Virus record (IMG/VR): IMGVR_UViG_3300032216_000715
Coordinates: 1-57,150 of that record
Length of the DNA: 57,150 nucleotides
Source: a virus
Taxonomy: Duplodnaviria > Caudoviricetes
Strand: one strand, 5' to 3'
Made by a program: the position numbers and the translations under genes. The notes below the pieces were generated by a model that was not told the DNA's origin, ran no database searches, and saw only the letters and a list, made by a program, of their open reading frames with translations. Each line of letters opens with the position of its first letter. Within the stretch, counting starts at the first letter, position 1. Of this stretch, positions 54,268-57,150 are shown in pieces.

Positions 54268-54336
54268 TCAACGCCACCGCGCCGCGATGCGTCTCACCCT
54301 CTGCTGGCCCTGACATGTTATGGTGTTGGGGTTTCG

Positions 54337-54430
54337 TGAGAGAGATATATGGCACGGGCACTGCAATGGCATATGGCACGGCATCATGAGAGAGACATAT
54401 GGCACCATAAACCAAGCCAATATGGCACGG
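54337..54430. repeat. ATATGGCAC direct repeats (4 copies)
   Basis: Copies at 54347, 54371, 54397 and 54420. Confidence 0.8.
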
Positions 54431-54462
54431 GCTGAACAATGGCGGTTTTCCGCCACTTGTGG

Positions 54463-54778
54463 TTGATTTGTCAGAGGATTTCTTGATTTGTCAAACGCAA
54501 CTCCTGTCTGACATTTCAAGAACGCCACGTAAGTGACTGATATTGCGTGGTTTTTTGTTATATCCATTGTTGATATGTATGATTTGTTGATTTGTCAGTA
54601 TATTTAGTAGAGCAATTCGTGGAGGGTGTCTGGGTGTCACGCTCTCTAAGCGCCATAGAATGTTGACTCTCCTCCAGATGGCTGACAAATCAACATTTCA
54701 AACAAATCATAGGTTTTCTGCGGGTTTCGGCTGACAAATCAACTGACAAATCAAGGCCATTTCTGACAAATCAAGAAA
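54463..54778. repeat. Iteron-like TGACAAATCAA cluster (3 reverse + 4 forward); candidate origin
   Basis: TTGATTTGTCA at 54463, 54483 and 54587; CTGACAAATCAA at 54682, 54731, 54743 and 54763. Confidence 0.85.
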
Positions 54779-54870
54779 CCATAACACCAAAACACCCTAA
54801 CACGTATTTCTAACGCGTTAGATTTAAGGCGTCCCGTCCATGCTATGGTGTTAAGCAACCTACACTGCCC

Positions 54871-54899
54871 TTGACTTATCCTAAATATGCTGTTAGCTT
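54871..54899 (+). promoter_or_regulatory. sigma70-type promoter with extended -10
   Basis: TTGACT-17nt-TAGCTT with TG; near copy of the 351 promoter. Confidence 0.75.
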
Positions 54900-54936
54900 A
54901 TAAACAGATGGGGAGGTCCCGTCTGACACAACGACC

Positions 54937-54956
54937 TATTAACTCAAGTTAATACG
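54937..54956 (+). promoter_or_regulatory. Early palindromic box (TATTAACTCAAGTTAATACG)
   Basis: Abuts AAAGG and ATG 54968. Confidence 0.85.
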
Positions 54957-54967
54957 AAAGGCATACC

Positions 54968-55282
54968 ATGTTCAAGTTCAACACTCCGCAGATCGACGCT
55001 CCGCAAGCTGGTCAGGCCACGAGCGAAATCGAGGGCTACTATCGCACACCGGATGGCGTGTCACGCGCCTACCACTGGGAAGGCTTCAGCGATGACGCTG
55101 AGGCTGCGTTGCACGAGCTGTTCGACGCTGGCGTTGTCACTCAGGCCAGCGAGAAGTTCTGGACTCACCAGTGGAACCTGCCCCGTGCGTTGCCGCCCGT
55201 GGTGGCCCGCATCAGTGGTCTGGATACCATCACACGCGACGAGGCTGGTCAGCTCGTCCGTTCGTCCGTCAACATCTGGTAA
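54968..55282 (+). CDS. Hypothetical early protein
   Basis: Follows promoter and box; phage-like codon usage. Confidence 0.7.
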   Translation: MFKFNTPQIDAPQAGQATSEIEGYYRTPDGVSRAYHWEGFSDDAEAALHELFDAGVVTQASEKFWTHQWNLPRALPPVVARISGLDTITRDEAGQLVRSSVNIW

Positions 55283-55295
55283 GGGAGACAAGACC

Positions 55296-55511
55296 ATGTT
55301 CACCAAACGCAAGCCCAAGATCACCGTGCGCCACAAGTCCGCCGCCGAGGCGTGGCGCGATGCTATCAACATGCCAAACGTAAGCGACGAGACTGCGTGG
55401 CAATCATTCGTGGCGACCAAGCCGCAGGATGAACCCGTGTCTGTGTTTGACGTGGCGGGCGACCAGCCCGACATCGAGGACATGATCGCTTGGGCTATTA
55501 ACCGGAGTTAA
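55296..55511 (+). CDS. Hypothetical early protein (71 aa, MFTKRKPK...)
   Basis: GGGAG RBS; stop lies inside a palindromic box. Confidence 0.65.
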   Translation: MFTKRKPKITVRHKSAAEAWRDAINMPNVSDETAWQSFVATKPQDEPVSVFDVAGDQPDIEDMIAWAINRS

Positions 55512-55515
55512 TACG
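55496..55515 (+). promoter_or_regulatory. Early palindromic box (TATTAACCGGAGTTAATACG)
   Basis: Contains the upstream stop and the GGAG SD for ATG 55516. Confidence 0.8.
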
Positions 55516-56052
55516 ATGAAGAGAAACATATTTGAAACCGTGCGCCAGTTGCTCGACAGCTACGATGATGTGACGCGGGGCAATGCCGTCCATACTCATG
55601 GCAACCTGTATGGTGACAGCGTGTCTAACCTGTCTTACCTAATGAACTTGGAGCCAGCCCTGCACGAGCTTATTGAGATGTGCGTGGACAGCGGCATCCA
55701 GATGGAACCGTTGACCCGCGTGATCGACATCACTGGCTGGGAGAGGTCACCGCCGGTGCCTCAGGCTGACGATTCCGTGGCGCGCTATGCTGCCGTCTTT
55801 GCTGCCGATGCGGGGGAGCAGGCCCTCTATCTCAACCGCACCACCGACGAGGTTGCCGACCTGTGCGTGGCCGTGGCCGATGAGGTCGTCAAGCGTAGGG
55901 ATGCTGCGCTTGCGAAGGGCGAGGACTACTATGCCATGGCGTTCGTGGAGACTGCCGCCAGTTGGCTGAGCAACCATCCCCGTGCCACGTTCTTGGAGCT
56001 GTGCCACGTAGGCCAGCGCGAGGTCGATCTTTTGAAGGGAGACGGCAAGTGA
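55516..56052 (+). CDS. Hypothetical early protein
   Basis: 178-aa ORF directly after the box. Confidence 0.7.
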   Translation: MKRNIFETVRQLLDSYDDVTRGNAVHTHGNLYGDSVSNLSYLMNLEPALHELIEMCVDSGIQMEPLTRVIDITGWERSPPVPQADDSVARYAAVFAADAGEQALYLNRTTDEVADLCVAVADEVVKRRDAALAKGEDYYAMAFVETAASWLSNHPRATFLELCHVGQREVDLLKGDGK

Positions 56053-56642
56053 CCATAACACCATCAAAGTTCCGCGCCCGTATCGTGCATGACGAGTCGT
56101 CTGACCGTCCCGACCAAGAGATGGATTTTATGTGCCATATCGGGCTGCCCGATGACATGTATGACAGGGATGACATGGTTATCGAGCTGATCGAGGCCAC
56201 TGATGCGTGGAACGTCGTGAAGGCCATGTGCGACGAGACTGACACCGAGGCTCCCGACATCTGGACCAGCACCAGCCTGCGCCGTGAGTGGGTCGAGGCC
56301 GTTAAGGATGAGGTTCTCATCAAGGTGATCTATCTTCACAACATGCAGCCACTGGTGGCGCACACCACACCCTCAAGGTGTGAGAAGTTTGGCGTAAGCT
56401 GGGACAAGGCATGGGATGCCATGACTGCTGAGACGCGCATGTATGCCCAGTGGGCTGCGGGCGAGGTCTACGGCTACGTCATCGAGGAAGGAAAGACGTG
56501 CGGTCACTGCGACCACACCGTGTGGGAAGAGGTTGACTCTTGCTGGGGTTTTTATGGCCGGAAGATTGAGGCCAATGGGATGCTCGACAATGTGCCGAGC
56601 GATATGAAGGAAGTCCTGCTCAATGCCGAGTGGGTCAATTAA
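56049..56642 (+). CDS. Hypothetical early protein
   Basis: GTGA-coupled start; Y.QW..GEVYGY....DSCWGFYG motif recalled from phage early proteins. Confidence 0.7.
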   Translation: MTITPSKFRARIVHDESSDRPDQEMDFMCHIGLPDDMYDRDDMVIELIEATDAWNVVKAMCDETDTEAPDIWTSTSLRREWVEAVKDEVLIKVIYLHNMQPLVAHTTPSRCEKFGVSWDKAWDAMTAETRMYAQWAAGEVYGYVIEEGKTCGHCDHTVWEEVDSCWGFYGRKIEANGMLDNVPSDMKEVLLNAEWVN

Positions 56643-56656
56643 CTGGAGTTAAGACG
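56637..56656 (+). promoter_or_regulatory. Early palindromic box (AATTAACTGGAGTTAAGACG)
   Basis: Contains the upstream stop and the GGAG SD for ATG 56659. Confidence 0.8.
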
Positions 56657-56658
56657 TT

Positions 56659-56877
56659 ATGATTAAGAAGTTCCGCATTTGGATGGCCGACATGTTCCTC
56701 TCGTTGGCTATGATGGCAGACTTTGACGCAGTGCTGCTGTTCATCATCGAGTCCATGGAGAAAATCGACGCGCAGATCGCCAAGAATGAGACCGCGACGA
56801 ATGAGACCACGCCCCCGAAAAAGCGGGGTCGTCCCAAGGGCCGCAAGGATAGTGTCGGAGGGAAGGCCAGTGCCTAA
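56659..56877 (+). CDS. Small protein with AT-hook-like motif
   Basis: PKKRGRPKG near the C-terminus. Confidence 0.6.
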   Translation: MIKKFRIWMADMFLSLAMMADFDAVLLFIIESMEKIDAQIAKNETATNETTPPKKRGRPKGRKDSVGGKASA

Positions 56878-57013
56878 AACCAAAACACCATATGACGATT
56901 TTGTGGGGTTCAGGATTCGCGTCCTGCCCCCGAAATCTCGCCTCGTCACACAACTCCGTGAGAGAGATGCCCGCGACAGGTGCAACGCAGCAAAGAAAGG
57001 AATCGTTGAGTGA
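56870..57013 (+). CDS. Small basic hypothetical protein (47 aa)
   Basis: GTG 56870 after GGAGG; overlaps both neighbours. Confidence 0.45.
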   Translation: MPKTKTPYDDFVGFRIRVLPPKSRLVTQLRERDARDRCNAAKKGIVE

Positions 57014-57027
57014 GTAAGCCTAAGATC

Positions 57028-57150
57028 ATAACAAACCGCGAGGCCCGCAACCACGTCGAGCAGGGCGTGGAGTTCATCAACAACAACAAAACCCTCTGGG
57101 GCGAGTGGCGTGAGTATGGACCATACCACCCCGACAACGCAGCAGCCGAG
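57028..57150. repeat. Terminal direct repeat, copy 2
   Basis: Identical to 1-123. Confidence 0.95.

Noticed and set aside
54337-54778. Mini-CRISPR array
   Set aside because: Repeats are only 9-12 bp, irregularly spaced and in both orientations
1-57150. Integrase, tRNA genes, or alternative genetic code
   Set aside because: None recognised by eye, and core genes are intact under the standard code; tRNAscan and HMM searches would be needed to exclude them fully

Overview
Apparently complete, circularly assembled tailed-phage genome of about 57,027 bp unique sequence; bases 1-123 are repeated at 57028-57150 and a gene runs across the join. The architecture is podovirus-like: no tape measure, but large ejection-type proteins. 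The + strand arm (53568 through the join to 17089) carries small early genes, a MoxR-like AAA+ / DUF3150-like / zincin-vWA module, a multi-HTH protein, PolA (Leu762 type), an Ntn-hydrolase-like protein, Cas4-like and VRR-NUC nucleases, an SNF2 helicase, an SSB-like protein, a Cro-like HTH and a primase-helicase. The - strand arm (53107 to 17177) carries terminase, portal, scaffold, capsid, adaptors, several fibre/adhesin proteins, a lysis cassette, a tail nozzle and ejection proteins including a 2640-aa polyvalent protein. I saw no integrase, RNA polymerase, tRNA, reverse transcriptase or CRISPR array. The most striking unexplained signals are non-coding: (1) eight co-oriented copies of a 20-bp palindrome (TATTAACT-NN-AGTTAATA-CG) confined to the early arm, mostly at gene junctions and abutting or containing ribosome-binding sites; (2) an iteron-like inverted repeat cluster at 54.3-54.8 kb; (3) a dispersed TAACACC motif with 8-bp periodicity; (4) a multi-hairpin, pseudoknotted intergenic RNA candidate at 4455-4604. 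All protein family calls come from motif recognition by eye, not database searches. An alphaproteobacterial host is only a weak inference.
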